In this document: positions 9,325 to 18,704 of the stretch, one piece after another
Numbering within the stretch: position 1 is the stretch's first letter
Layout: every line of letters begins with the position of its first letter
NCBI GenBank assembly: GCA_965217115.1
Contig: OZ244239.1
Location: 64,001-128,000, forward strand
Reading direction: 5' to 3'
Origin: Bdellovibrionales bacterium
GTDB taxonomy: Bacteria; Bdellovibrionota; Bdellovibrionia; Bdellovibrionales; CAYMLA01
Length of the DNA: 64,000 nucleotides
Translations under genes and position numbers: made by a program
The notes under the pieces: generated by a model
What the model was told of the DNA's origin: nothing
Seen by the model: the letters and a program-made list of their open reading frames with translations, nothing else
Database searches by the model: none

Positions 9325-10290
9325 ATGAGTAATGAAGGTAAACGACAAAAATATGAACAACTCAGTGGTCGGGATTTTCCTCGTTTTTCTGGGATTAAAA
9401 CTTTCTTCCGTCTGCCTTATGTATCAGTTGATAGTGATTATGATGTGGGTCTGGTAGGAGTTCCCTATGATGGAGGGGTGAGCTATCGCCCGGGGGCGCG
9501 TTTTGCGCCAAGTAAAATTCGTGGGATATCATCACTTGGCAGGGGCTTTCATTGGTCCCGAGGTTGCAACTTCATGGATAAAATGAAAGTGGCTGATATT
9601 GGTGACTGCCCGACAGTGCCAGTGGATCAAGTTCAGACTTATGAGAGGATTGAAAATTATTTTGACGAGCTCTTATCTTTGAATAAACAGTTTATTGCTG
9701 TGGGTGGAGACCATTCAACGACTTTACCTCTATTGAGATCAGTTTATCGGTCACTGGGAAAAAAAATAACACTCATTCATTTTGATGCTCATTTGGATAC
9801 CTATCCAGCGGCTTGGAATTGCGAATATCATCATGGTACTTTTGTTCGTCATGCGGTGGAAGAGGGGTTGATCGATCCTAAAAAATCTTGGCAATTTGGT
9901 ATTCGTGGGCCGTTGACTGGGATGGATGATCTCGATTTTGTGAAAAAGCATGGAATTAATGTGACGACGGTAGACGATATTCGCAAGAGAGGTTTAGAAG
10001 ATTTTCTCGCAACTCTGCCTGAATTTGAGGGGCCTGTTTATATTAGTTTTGATATTGATTGTTTAGACCCTGCCTATGCGCCAGGAACAGGAACACCTGT
10101 TGTTGGAGGTTTAACAACCTATGAGACGCAGAGAATTCTACGGGCCTTGAAAATAAAAAACCTCGTGGCTGCAGATATCATGGAGGTCTCCCCACCTTTT
10201 GATCACGCTGACATTACATCATTGGCTGCGGTGGACGCCATGTTTGAGCTTTTATGCATCATGGCTGGTGACGAAAAAAAAATCAGTTAA
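9325..10290 (+). CDS. speB: Agmatinase (ureohydrolase family)
   Basis: GGDHS, HFDAHLD and SFDIDCLDPAYAPGTGTP motifs. Confidence 0.88.
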   Translation: MSNEGKRQKYEQLSGRDFPRFSGIKTFFRLPYVSVDSDYDVGLVGVPYDGGVSYRPGARFAPSKIRGISSLGRGFHWSRGCNFMDKMKVADIGDCPTVPVDQVQTYERIENYFDELLSLNKQFIAVGGDHSTTLPLLRSVYRSLGKKITLIHFDAHLDTYPAAWNCEYHHGTFVRHAVEEGLIDPKKSWQFGIRGPLTGMDDLDFVKKHGINVTTVDDIRKRGLEDFLATLPEFEGPVYISFDIDCLDPAYAPGTGTPVVGGLTTYETQRILRALKIKNLVAADIMEVSPPFDHADITSLAAVDAMFELLCIMAGDEKKIS

Positions 10291-10308
10291 TTAAATTCTG
10301 ATCTTGAT

Positions 10309-11607
10309 TTATGTTTTAAAATATCGAACAAGGGATTTATAGAGATAGTAGGGGTCTTTACTTCCTGCCAACTCACGAACGGAGTGCATGGCAAATGTTG
10401 GAACTCCCACATCCACAGTTTTAACACCTATGTTACTAGCTGTGATGGGACCAATGGTGGAGCCACAACCCATATCAGAACGAATGACGAATTTTTGATA
10501 GGGGACATTCTCTGTCTTGCATAAAAGAATATATGCCCCCGCTGTTTCACTATTGGTTGCGTAACGTTGATTGGAGTTGATTTTAATTACGGGACCTTGA
10601 TTGATAATAGGGCCATGGTGAGCATCGTGTTTTTCAATGTAATTAGGATGAAGAGCGTGGGCATTATCACAGGAAATCATCATAGAATTATTTACGCAAC
10701 GGGCATAGTTTTCAGGCGTTTGTGTGAGACGTTTTAATAATGATTTGAGCATGGGGCCTGCGGCTCCTGCGTGGGAACATGAACCAACTTCTTCGTGGTC
10801 GTTGCACACAAGCAACGTATTACGGCTGCTGGGACTCTTTAAATAACTCTCAAGTCCGACATAGCAACTCAGAAGGTTGTCCAGTCTTGCGCTACTAATA
10901 AATTCATTTTCTAAACCGATCAAAGAGGGTGGTTGAGTGTCGTAGAAGGACATCTCATGGCTGAGAACTCGAATGATATCACTAGAGAGTTTTTGGGACT
11001 TGATCTCTTTAATCAGAATAGAGTCAAAAGTGAGCTTCTTATTTCCCTCGATCATTTGCACTAATGGTGGCATTTCTTTCTGTTTGTTGATGGTGCGATT
11101 TTCATTGGCATTACGATTGAGATGAATAGCTAAATTGGGGATAACGGCGATGGGTCTGGAAAAATCTAGGAGTAGATGTTGTACTTGCCCTTTCTTATTT
11201 TCGTAGGTGACTCTGCCAGCCAAGGAGAGGTCCCGATCAAACCATGGATTGAGAAGCACACCACCATAAATTTCCACTCCCAATTGGTGGTGGTTTTGGG
11301 TAAAAATATCAGGTTGAGGTTTAACTTTAAGACAAGGACTATCTGTATGGGCTCCAACCATGTGAAAGCCATCGGTGAGAGAGGATGTTTTACTGATTTG
11401 GAAAGCTATTATAGAGGAGTCGTTGCATTTGATGTAATACTTGCCCCCAGGTTTAATTGACCAAGAGGCATTTTCTAGGAGTTCTTCATGATTGGATTTT
11501 AAAAGACGGTCTTCCATATTCCCCACTCCATGGAAAGGTGTGGGAGATTTCTCTAAATACTCAAGTAGGCCGTCATTAAAGTGATCCTTAAGCTTTTTTC
11601 CAGTCAC
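10309..11607 (-). CDS. apeB: M18 family (aspartyl) aminopeptidase
   Basis: SPTPFH, GAHTDSP, RLDNL, DHEEVGS, GSTIGP and MHSVRE motifs. Confidence 0.92.
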   Translation of the reverse strand: MTGKKLKDHFNDGLLEYLEKSPTPFHGVGNMEDRLLKSNHEELLENASWSIKPGGKYYIKCNDSSIIAFQISKTSSLTDGFHMVGAHTDSPCLKVKPQPDIFTQNHHQLGVEIYGGVLLNPWFDRDLSLAGRVTYENKKGQVQHLLLDFSRPIAVIPNLAIHLNRNANENRTINKQKEMPPLVQMIEGNKKLTFDSILIKEIKSQKLSSDIIRVLSHEMSFYDTQPPSLIGLENEFISSARLDNLLSCYVGLESYLKSPSSRNTLLVCNDHEEVGSCSHAGAAGPMLKSLLKRLTQTPENYARCVNNSMMISCDNAHALHPNYIEKHDAHHGPIINQGPVIKINSNQRYATNSETAGAYILLCKTENVPYQKFVIRSDMGCGSTIGPITASNIGVKTVDVGVPTFAMHSVRELAGSKDPYYLYKSLVRYFKT

Positions 11608-11628
11608 AGAGTACCTCTCTCATTTAGT

Positions 11629-11666
11629 AAAAAAAAGCCCCCAGGTCAGATTTAACCAGGGGGCTT
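11629..11666 (-). terminator. Rho-independent terminator
   Basis: AAGCCCCCTGGTTAAATCTGACCTGGGGGCTTTTTTTT on the minus strand. Confidence 0.7.
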
Positions 11667-11730
11667 AAATTCTTAGTCAAAACCGAGGGGGGCCTTGATT
11701 TAAGAAAACATAACTTCCTCATATCATGAA
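11629..11730 (-). ncRNA. Candidate ~100-nt sRNA or attenuated leader upstream of apeB
   Basis: Promoter TTGACG-N17-TATAAC (11735-11763), a hairpin with a CCCCUC loop (11670-11706), and a GC-rich terminator hairpin plus T8 (11629-11666). Confidence 0.45.
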
Positions 11731-11855
11731 GAGGGTTATAATAGAAAAAATGCAAAGCGTCAATTATTTTCAAACATTATGCTGCAAAATAATTTTTAAC
11801 TCTGAGTCATGTAATTTTTACCAAAAGAGGGGGGTTGTGTTAGACTCCTAGTATT

Positions 11856-13214
11856 ATGAAGTTTGAAAACATCACTCTTAAAAGCTCCAAAGAGCTCTCT
11901 GAGCATATTAAAAATCATCAACCGACTTTATTCTTAGGATCACAGACTTCGACGGTGATTCCCTATGGGTTTTTAGAGGGTCAACTTAAGGATAAGGATT
12001 TAAGCAATGGGTGTGAGACATTTTACTTAGCTGATTTAAGTCAGATGGCCAGTGGAATGGAGGTGATTGAAGGTGATAAGCTATTTCTAAAGGGAGCTGT
12101 CTCTTGGCAAATGGCTTCGGAGTTTCTTCAAAATCACCAGCGTGTGGTGAAGACTTATCCAACAGAAAATTTGGCCCAGATTTGTGCCGGTGTAGCAACC
12201 TCCTGTACAGGAGAACGCTCCTTTGGTTTTGGAACCCTGCGCAGTCAAATCATAAATATTAAGTACATAGACTGGCAAGGGGAGGAGGTTCTGCTTTCTC
12301 GCGACAAGAGTTTTTCCCTAGAAGAAAATCAAGATTGCTTGATCTCGTATCAAGAGGACTTTGTTAAATATAAAAATCTTAAAAATGCCCCCTTTCCTCG
12401 TTTTGAAAAAGAAACGGATTTAATGGTTGGAACGGAGGGGCAGTTAGGTGTTGTGACCGAGGTAACTCTAGAGACAGGAAGCTATGAACAAATTCAATAT
12501 TTATTTGTAAAATTACCTCGGTGGGAAAAAGACTTTGCTCCTCATTTGGAAATTTTCTCAAGTGTGCAGGGGCGCAGTCAATCTATTTACTCCTGTGAAT
12601 TGACTGATTATAATTCTATGAAAGACTTAAATACTGATGATCGTATTCATAGTAAGAGTGATACTGACGAATTTGACGTGATCTTTTTAGAAATACCAGC
12701 AAGTAAATTTGAAGAAATCTATGAAGAAGTTATTTGTAAATGGTCGCTCGTTGATATGAAAGATGTTTTTGAAATTTCAGGAGAGAAATTTCAAAACCTA
12801 AGATCTGCTATTCCCAGAACTCTCTTTGAGCGAAATTCCCAGAGAGGAATTCTAAAGAAAGGCACAGATGTTCAGGTAAACCCTAAAAAATTCTGTGAGC
12901 TACTTGAATTTTACAGGTGCTTCTCTCAAGAGGGGATCGAATATAATCTCTTTGGTCATTTTGGTGATGCCCACTTGCATTTTAATTTTCTCCCAACGCA
13001 GGAGCAACAATCTGTTTGTGATGAGCTTCTACTAGACCTTTATGCTGAGGTAGAGAGGTGGGAAGGCTCCCCCTTTGCTGAACATGGAATTGGTTTACTG
13101 AAGCAACCTTTTATTAAAAACTTTTATGGGCAGAATCAGTACGATTTATTTGCTTCTTTAAAGAAATCTCATGACCCCTATAATCAATTTTTTCCCCAAG
13201 GATTTATGACATGA
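11856..13214 (+). CDS. FAD-binding oxidoreductase (GlcD/D-lactate dehydrogenase-like)
   Basis: DLMVGTEGQLGVVTEVTL, FGHFGDAHLH and AEHGIG motifs. Confidence 0.85.
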   Translation: MKFENITLKSSKELSEHIKNHQPTLFLGSQTSTVIPYGFLEGQLKDKDLSNGCETFYLADLSQMASGMEVIEGDKLFLKGAVSWQMASEFLQNHQRVVKTYPTENLAQICAGVATSCTGERSFGFGTLRSQIINIKYIDWQGEEVLLSRDKSFSLEENQDCLISYQEDFVKYKNLKNAPFPRFEKETDLMVGTEGQLGVVTEVTLETGSYEQIQYLFVKLPRWEKDFAPHLEIFSSVQGRSQSIYSCELTDYNSMKDLNTDDRIHSKSDTDEFDVIFLEIPASKFEEIYEEVICKWSLVDMKDVFEISGEKFQNLRSAIPRTLFERNSQRGILKKGTDVQVNPKKFCELLEFYRCFSQEGIEYNLFGHFGDAHLHFNFLPTQEQQSVCDELLLDLYAEVERWEGSPFAEHGIGLLKQPFIKNFYGQNQYDLFASLKKSHDPYNQFFPQGFMT

Positions 13215-13828
13215 AAATCATTGATATCTCTCCGGTAATTTCTAAGGACATGGCTGTGTTCCCTGATGAACCTCCGTTCTCACGAAGTATAGGGTCAGAC
13301 TTTTCTAAGGGTGATAATCTTGTTCTTTCATCTATTACAACGACGCTTCATATTGGAGCGCATACAGATGCACCGAACCATTACTCTAAAGAGGGGAAGG
13401 GGATTGATGAGTGTTCTTTACAGACTTACATAGGGCCGTGTCAGGTCATTGAGGTTCAAATTCCCCGTGGTGAGAGAATAAAGATTGATGATGTCGACAT
13501 GAGTAGAGTTTCCCAATCTCGGGTCCTTTTTAAGACTAGCTCCTTTCCTAATTTCAATGAGTGGAATGAAGATTTTAATTCTCTCTCTCCTGAACTTGTC
13601 GCTGCGTTGGGAGATAAGGGGGTGACTCTTGTAGGAATTGATACGCCTTCTATAGATCCTTGGGACTCTAAAGCATTGGAAAGTCACAAGATGGTAGCTG
13701 AGAAAGAAATGTTTATATTGGAGGGTGTTGTCTTGGATGGTGTTGATCCCGGAGATTACACATTAGTTGCATTGCCTTTAAAAATAAAGGACGCAGATGC
13801 GAGCCCTGTTCGTGCGATACTCTATTAG
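13211..13828 (+). CDS. kynB: Kynurenine formamidase (cyclase family)
   Basis: HIGAHTDAP, GIDTPSID and DASPVRA motifs; kynA is nearby. Confidence 0.85.
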   Translation: MKIIDISPVISKDMAVFPDEPPFSRSIGSDFSKGDNLVLSSITTTLHIGAHTDAPNHYSKEGKGIDECSLQTYIGPCQVIEVQIPRGERIKIDDVDMSRVSQSRVLFKTSSFPNFNEWNEDFNSLSPELVAALGDKGVTLVGIDTPSIDPWDSKALESHKMVAEKEMFILEGVVLDGVDPGDYTLVALPLKIKDADASPVRAILY

Positions 13829-13855
13829 ACCCACGCTTAAGTGGCTATCTTAGGG

Positions 13856-14809
13856 TTAAGACGTATAACGCAGACGTAGGAAAGTCATAACTAAGACAGA
13901 CCAGATAATATTTGCCCAGAGGAGATGGACCATTTGTGCCCAAATGGGTGCTAATAATAATAAATTAACAAGACCGAAGGCAAGGCCCCCAAAACAGAGA
14001 AATATAAGGGAATTGGGTAAAAGGGATGAATGCAATTTAACTTTAATGTATGTCCCATAAGCCTTGGAAAATATAAAAATAGCAGCGACAAAGGCAACGG
14101 CAATGAATGGATGGAAGACTCGTAATTGCACAAAGAGATGGCTGTCGTAGGAGAGGTCATTTTTTAAACCCTCAACTAAGGAATCTACAGGAAAGAGAGT
14201 GTCACCCAGAGCTGTGATGGCTCCACTGATACCGACTAATAGAAAGAGCGAGGAGCATATTAGAAAGCCTTTTAAAAAATTTTTAGGGAGAAATCGTTTA
14301 TGATAGGATTTATAGAAAGAGCTGTGAATCCAGAAAACAATGGAAGCAATAAGGAAAGTCGTGTTGAGAAGATGAAAAGTGATGACAATAGCACGATCTA
14401 TAGATGAGTTTTCCGCAACAAGCCCTAGCAGAACAAGGCGGGCGCCAATAAGAGCTTCTGTAATAGTAAAGAAAAGTGAGGCTATGGAGGCCTTTCGACA
14501 CAGGTGTCCTTTCGGGAGATATTTGAAACTTAGAAGCACTAATATAAGAACATAAATTCCATAAAGGCCTGAGGTTGCACGATGGGTGAATTCGATAAGA
14601 GTTTGTGTGGAGGGATTAAAGGGAATGAACTCACCGTTACATAGGGGCCAATGGTTGCCACAACCTGCACCTGAGCCAGAAGCTCTAACAAATGCTCCCC
14701 AGAGGATAACAAAAAATGTGTAGAGGAGGAGGAGCCACAACCATTTTGTAAATCTCTTAGATGATTGAGACAAAGCTTCAAAAGATAAGTTGTGATCTAC
14801 TTCAGACAT
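13856..14809 (-). CDS. ctaA: COX15/CtaA family heme A synthase
   Basis: GAFVRASGSGAGCGNHWPLCNG...IEFTHR; multiple TM helices with conserved His. Confidence 0.75.
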   Translation of the reverse strand: MSEVDHNLSFEALSQSSKRFTKWLWLLLLYTFFVILWGAFVRASGSGAGCGNHWPLCNGEFIPFNPSTQTLIEFTHRATSGLYGIYVLILVLLSFKYLPKGHLCRKASIASLFFTITEALIGARLVLLGLVAENSSIDRAIVITFHLLNTTFLIASIVFWIHSSFYKSYHKRFLPKNFLKGFLICSSLFLLVGISGAITALGDTLFPVDSLVEGLKNDLSYDSHLFVQLRVFHPFIAVAFVAAIFIFSKAYGTYIKVKLHSSLLPNSLIFLCFGGLAFGLVNLLLLAPIWAQMVHLLWANIIWSVLVMTFLRLRYTS

Positions 14810-14826
14810 CGATAAGAAAATCTCCT

Positions 14827-15924
14827 TTAATCTTTTTGAGCATTGAAATAATACCCTAAAGTCTTTTTTAGATCGCTTGGTAGCTCAGGCCTTTGACTTC
14901 GAGGTATGAAAAATGTGGTTAGATGAAAAAGATCAGTGAAAACTTTGTGCTTATCAGTGGACATACGCAGATACTCATGCCCTGAAGAGCCTCCAGTGCC
15001 AATCTTTTGTCCCAGCATACGCAGGGCCATGAGTGCATGACGATAACGCCAACTCGTGAAGTTTTCATCGATATCTAGTAGGGATTGTAGGAGTTTGAAT
15101 GGCTGGTCTAAAATAGGTTCATCGCGGTATATTTGAATGAACAAGGCAGCATGGAGAGCTTTATGGGAAAGACGCCAATGCCCTTTCTCTTTCAAAGCGT
15201 TATATTTTTCACTGTCAAAGAGAGCAGTGAATGATTCTTGAGCAGCGGAGATCTTCTTTAAATTTTGTTTTTTCTCCTCTTCACTGAGAAGAGAGCTGGA
15301 TTTTATGACCTCCATATCAGAGTTGAGCATATTTTGAACAGAGATACGGTAGCTCTTCCAGAAATCAAAACCTTGGACACTGAGAAATGGTGTACGTTCA
15401 AGCCATTTCTCGATGAGATCAAATAGAGAATCCTGTGATTCTAGTTGCTCTTGCATTTTCTTATGATCATCGCGCAAGCTATTTTTGTAGGGGCTCTGAT
15501 TATAGGATAAGCGATCGGTTTTTCTTAGCCCCATTTTTGCTTCGACCTGCCTAAACTGTATACTTTGAAACCCAGATGCTGGATAGAGGAGCTCACGGAA
15601 CTCAAGAAAATCTAAGGGAGTCATTGTCTCCAGAATATCAATTTGTTCCATAAGAATCTTTTGAATCTTCGTGATACGCAGGAGCCTAGAGACGGCCAGT
15701 GAAATATGTTTTTCAATCACGGTGTCTTCTGAAATAAGTTCTAATACTGAATCAAGCTCAGTAAGGATCTGCTTAAACCATAATTCATAGACTTGATGAA
15801 CAATAATGAAAAGCATTTCGTCGTGGGCAGGTCTCTTGTATTCTTCTCCTTTGGGTTTTTGTGCACCCAATAGAGAGTCTAGGTGGAGGTAGTCATGGTA
15901 TTGAACGGGCGGGTACTTTGACAT
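14827..15924 (-). CDS. kynA: Tryptophan 2,3-dioxygenase (long form)
   Basis: HDEMLFIIVHQVYELWFKQ, PASGFQS and KIGTGGSSG motifs. Confidence 0.95.
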   Translation of the reverse strand: MSKYPPVQYHDYLHLDSLLGAQKPKGEEYKRPAHDEMLFIIVHQVYELWFKQILTELDSVLELISEDTVIEKHISLAVSRLLRITKIQKILMEQIDILETMTPLDFLEFRELLYPASGFQSIQFRQVEAKMGLRKTDRLSYNQSPYKNSLRDDHKKMQEQLESQDSLFDLIEKWLERTPFLSVQGFDFWKSYRISVQNMLNSDMEVIKSSSLLSEEEKKQNLKKISAAQESFTALFDSEKYNALKEKGHWRLSHKALHAALFIQIYRDEPILDQPFKLLQSLLDIDENFTSWRYRHALMALRMLGQKIGTGGSSGHEYLRMSTDKHKVFTDLFHLTTFFIPRSQRPELPSDLKKTLGYYFNAQKD

Positions 15925-15929
15925 CCATT

Positions 15930-16976
15930 TTATCCTTTCATGCTACTGGCGACGAGTTCTTTTACATGTTTAATAAAATTATCAATATCTTCTCTACTGG
16001 TATCATAGGTCGTCATTAATCGCACTTGAAAACTTTTTTGATTCCACACATAAAAAAAATAGTGTTTACGCAGGGGCTTGATCCATTTTTTGGGAATTTC
16101 AACAAAGAGACTGTTGGCCTGAACAGGGTAGCAGATTGTGATACCAGGGATTTCAGAGATTTTTTTTTCAAAGTAAAGAGCCATTTTTTGACAATGGGTG
16201 GCAATTTCTTTCCATAGCTGCCCTTCAAGGAAAGCAATGAATTGAATAGCAAAAAACTTAGTTTTAGAAGGGAGCTGCATACTTTGTTTACGCATGTACT
16301 TGAAGTCTCTTCCTAGATCAGGGTTGAGAAAAATAACAGCTTCTCCCATGAGTAGGCCATTTTTTGTTCCACCAAAAGAGAGGACATCCACTCCTGTAGT
16401 GGAAATCAGATCTTTAAAGGAGCACTCTAAGAATTCAATAGCTTGAATTAACCGGGCTCCATCGACATGGAGATAGAGACCGTGTTGCTTTGCGACGTCT
16501 TTAATTTTCTTGATTTCTTCTATGGAATAAACAGTTCCTAATTCAGTGGGTTGAGTGATGGAAATAGCCTTTGGTTGGCTGTAATGCTGATCACCGAGGC
16601 GTTGTATAGAATTTTCTATTTGCTCTGCGGTTAATTTACCATCCTGACTTTTAATCGGGATCAGCTTACAGCCAGTGATGAATTCAGGGGCTCCACACTC
16701 ATCGGTGTTTAAGTGGGAGACGTCAGTGCAAAAAACTGATTGAAAACTCTGGCACATAGATCTTACGGCTAAGACATTGGCGGCAGTGCCGTTAAATACA
16801 AAATACGTAGAGACGGGTTGATCAAAAATTTTTGAGAAAAGTTCTCGGCATTTCTCGGTCCAAATGTCACCTTCGTAACTGTGATGGTGTCCGTTATTGA
16901 TTTTCTCTATGGATTTTAGGATGCTTGGATGAACACCAGAGTGATTGTCGCTGCCGAAGCCTCTATTTGAAGGCAT
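15930..16976 (-). CDS. ltaE: Low-specificity L-threonine aldolase (PLP)
   Basis: FGSDN, FNGTAAN, HVDGAR and SFGGTKNG motifs. Confidence 0.88.
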   Translation of the reverse strand: MPSNRGFGSDNHSGVHPSILKSIEKINNGHHHSYEGDIWTEKCRELFSKIFDQPVSTYFVFNGTAANVLAVRSMCQSFQSVFCTDVSHLNTDECGAPEFITGCKLIPIKSQDGKLTAEQIENSIQRLGDQHYSQPKAISITQPTELGTVYSIEEIKKIKDVAKQHGLYLHVDGARLIQAIEFLECSFKDLISTTGVDVLSFGGTKNGLLMGEAVIFLNPDLGRDFKYMRKQSMQLPSKTKFFAIQFIAFLEGQLWKEIATHCQKMALYFEKKISEIPGITICYPVQANSLFVEIPKKWIKPLRKHYFFYVWNQKSFQVRLMTTYDTSREDIDNFIKHVKELVASSMKG

Positions 16977-17544
16977 GGGATGGAATGGGAGTTAATTTCA
17001 GTCTTCTTCCCACTTCGCCCGTTTTTTGATTTAAGAGATTAATTTCAATCTGATCATGGACAAATCTTAAAGTTCCCACTGTGACCTTTTTACGATCAAT
17101 AACAAATAGTGACCAGGTTTCTCCCTTTGAGGGGACCATACTGTATTTATAATTGTGAATAGGAGTTTTATTAGAGACGAGTGCCCGTGCTATTTTTTGT
17201 GTGTAGAGTTCTAATTCAGAGTAGTTGATAAAGTTAAAAATATCTTGATTTTCAGTATACCAGGAACCCAGTAATCGACGTAGACCAACAAAATTTATCT
17301 GTGTGATTCTGATAGAATCCGAAGATTTATCAATCTTTCCTTGGGCTGAAATGAGATCTCCTGTGTCTAGTTTCTTTAAAATCTGATCGATAGGGTGAGA
17401 TGAATGAATATTATATCGCTGTCTCTTGATTTTTATAAGAACTCCAGATGGGTCTCTCTCTATAGTCCCTTGAACAGACTCTCCTAAAGAGTGGAGAGAG
17501 AAGAGGAGGATAAGAATGAAGAATTGTGTTTTAGCAAGTTTCAT
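16963..17544 (-). CDS. Hypothetical secreted protein
   Basis: 193-aa ORF with a signal peptide, overlapping the ltaE start. Confidence 0.65.
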   Translation of the reverse strand: MKLAKTQFFILILLFSLHSLGESVQGTIERDPSGVLIKIKRQRYNIHSSHPIDQILKKLDTGDLISAQGKIDKSSDSIRITQINFVGLRRLLGSWYTENQDIFNFINYSELELYTQKIARALVSNKTPIHNYKYSMVPSKGETWSLFVIDRKKVTVGTLRFVHDQIEINLLNQKTGEVGRRLKLTPIPSHAFK

Positions 17545-17630
17545 TATCAGCTCTTATGGGGGAACTTTGGGGAAAGGTCAAAATAATACTCTCAAGAGAG
17601 GCTGTACGGGGAGTGTAGAAGATGTAGGCT

Positions 17631-18674
17631 CTAATTAACGCGTGAAGCTATTTTTTTAAGGCCCCATCGAGCAAGTTCTCCCAGGTATTGATGATCTTGA
17701 TACCGTGTAATATGGGGGAGAAGTTCCCTTAATTGTAAATTGCTTGAGACGATTATCGCATTGCGTTTGAGCTTGTTTCCAGCAGCTCTGGCTAGGGGGG
17801 TGCCTTTAAATGACTTTATAAGCCCCTTATTGGAACTGCTGAGAATAAAGCTGAGTTCATTTATGAGTTCTTTATTTGCTGGTTTCTGTGTGGTGAGTTC
17901 CTCCATGGTTTTTTTGCCAAAGACTTTCTCGTTCCATGGGCAGACTGTTTGACAGATATCGCAACCAAAGAGCCAATCACCTATTTGAGAGCGTAGTTCT
18001 ATTGAGGGGATGTCTCTGTTTTCAATGGTGAGGTAGGAGATACAACGGGTGGCATCCATTTTTTGTGGAGAGATTAATGCTCCCGTGGGGCAAGCATCTA
18101 GACAACGTTGGCAGCTACCACAATGGTTAGGTGTCATCTCCACTTCCGTTTGGTTATCTAGAGTGCTGTAAATTTCTCCTAGAAAAAACAAGCTGCCTTT
18201 TTCTCGGTCAATAAGGCAGGTGTTTTTACCGAGCCATCCGAGCCCTGCACGTTGGGCGAGCTCTCTCTCCAAAACAGGGGCTGAATCTACAAATGTTGCA
18301 AAATTCTCCCCTGGAAAAGCTTTTTGAAGCTTTTCACAAATATTCTGTAACTTATCTTTAAACCAATGGTGATAATCCTCTCCTAAGGCATAGGTGGCTA
18401 TACGGCAGGATTTAAGTGAAAAATCTGTCTGCCTACTCTCTGTAGGTGGGTAGTAGTCATGGGTAAAAACGAAGGCACTCTTTGCCATAGGAAGAAGTTT
18501 CCCTGGATTTTCTTTCTCAGGGATATGATTTTTCAAATAGGTCATATTGCCGTGATAGTTGTCTTGGATCCATTGTTTGTAGAAGTCTATGGATAACGGC
18601 CGAGAGAGGGGCACCCATTCCCATCTTATGTCGCTATCTATTGATCCAATAATTTCACTAAACCGCTGTTTCAT
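17631..18674 (-). CDS. queG: tRNA epoxyqueuosine reductase
   Basis: DYH, VDSAPVLER, CGSCQRCLDACP and GCDICQTVCPWN motifs. Confidence 0.95.
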   Translation of the reverse strand: MKQRFSEIIGSIDSDIRWEWVPLSRPLSIDFYKQWIQDNYHGNMTYLKNHIPEKENPGKLLPMAKSAFVFTHDYYPPTESRQTDFSLKSCRIATYALGEDYHHWFKDKLQNICEKLQKAFPGENFATFVDSAPVLERELAQRAGLGWLGKNTCLIDREKGSLFFLGEIYSTLDNQTEVEMTPNHCGSCQRCLDACPTGALISPQKMDATRCISYLTIENRDIPSIELRSQIGDWLFGCDICQTVCPWNEKVFGKKTMEELTTQKPANKELINELSFILSSSNKGLIKSFKGTPLARAAGNKLKRNAIIVSSNLQLRELLPHITRYQDHQYLGELARWGLKKIASRVN

Positions 18675-18704
18675 TTTCCATAGAAATAGGAAAGATTAAT
18701 ATCT

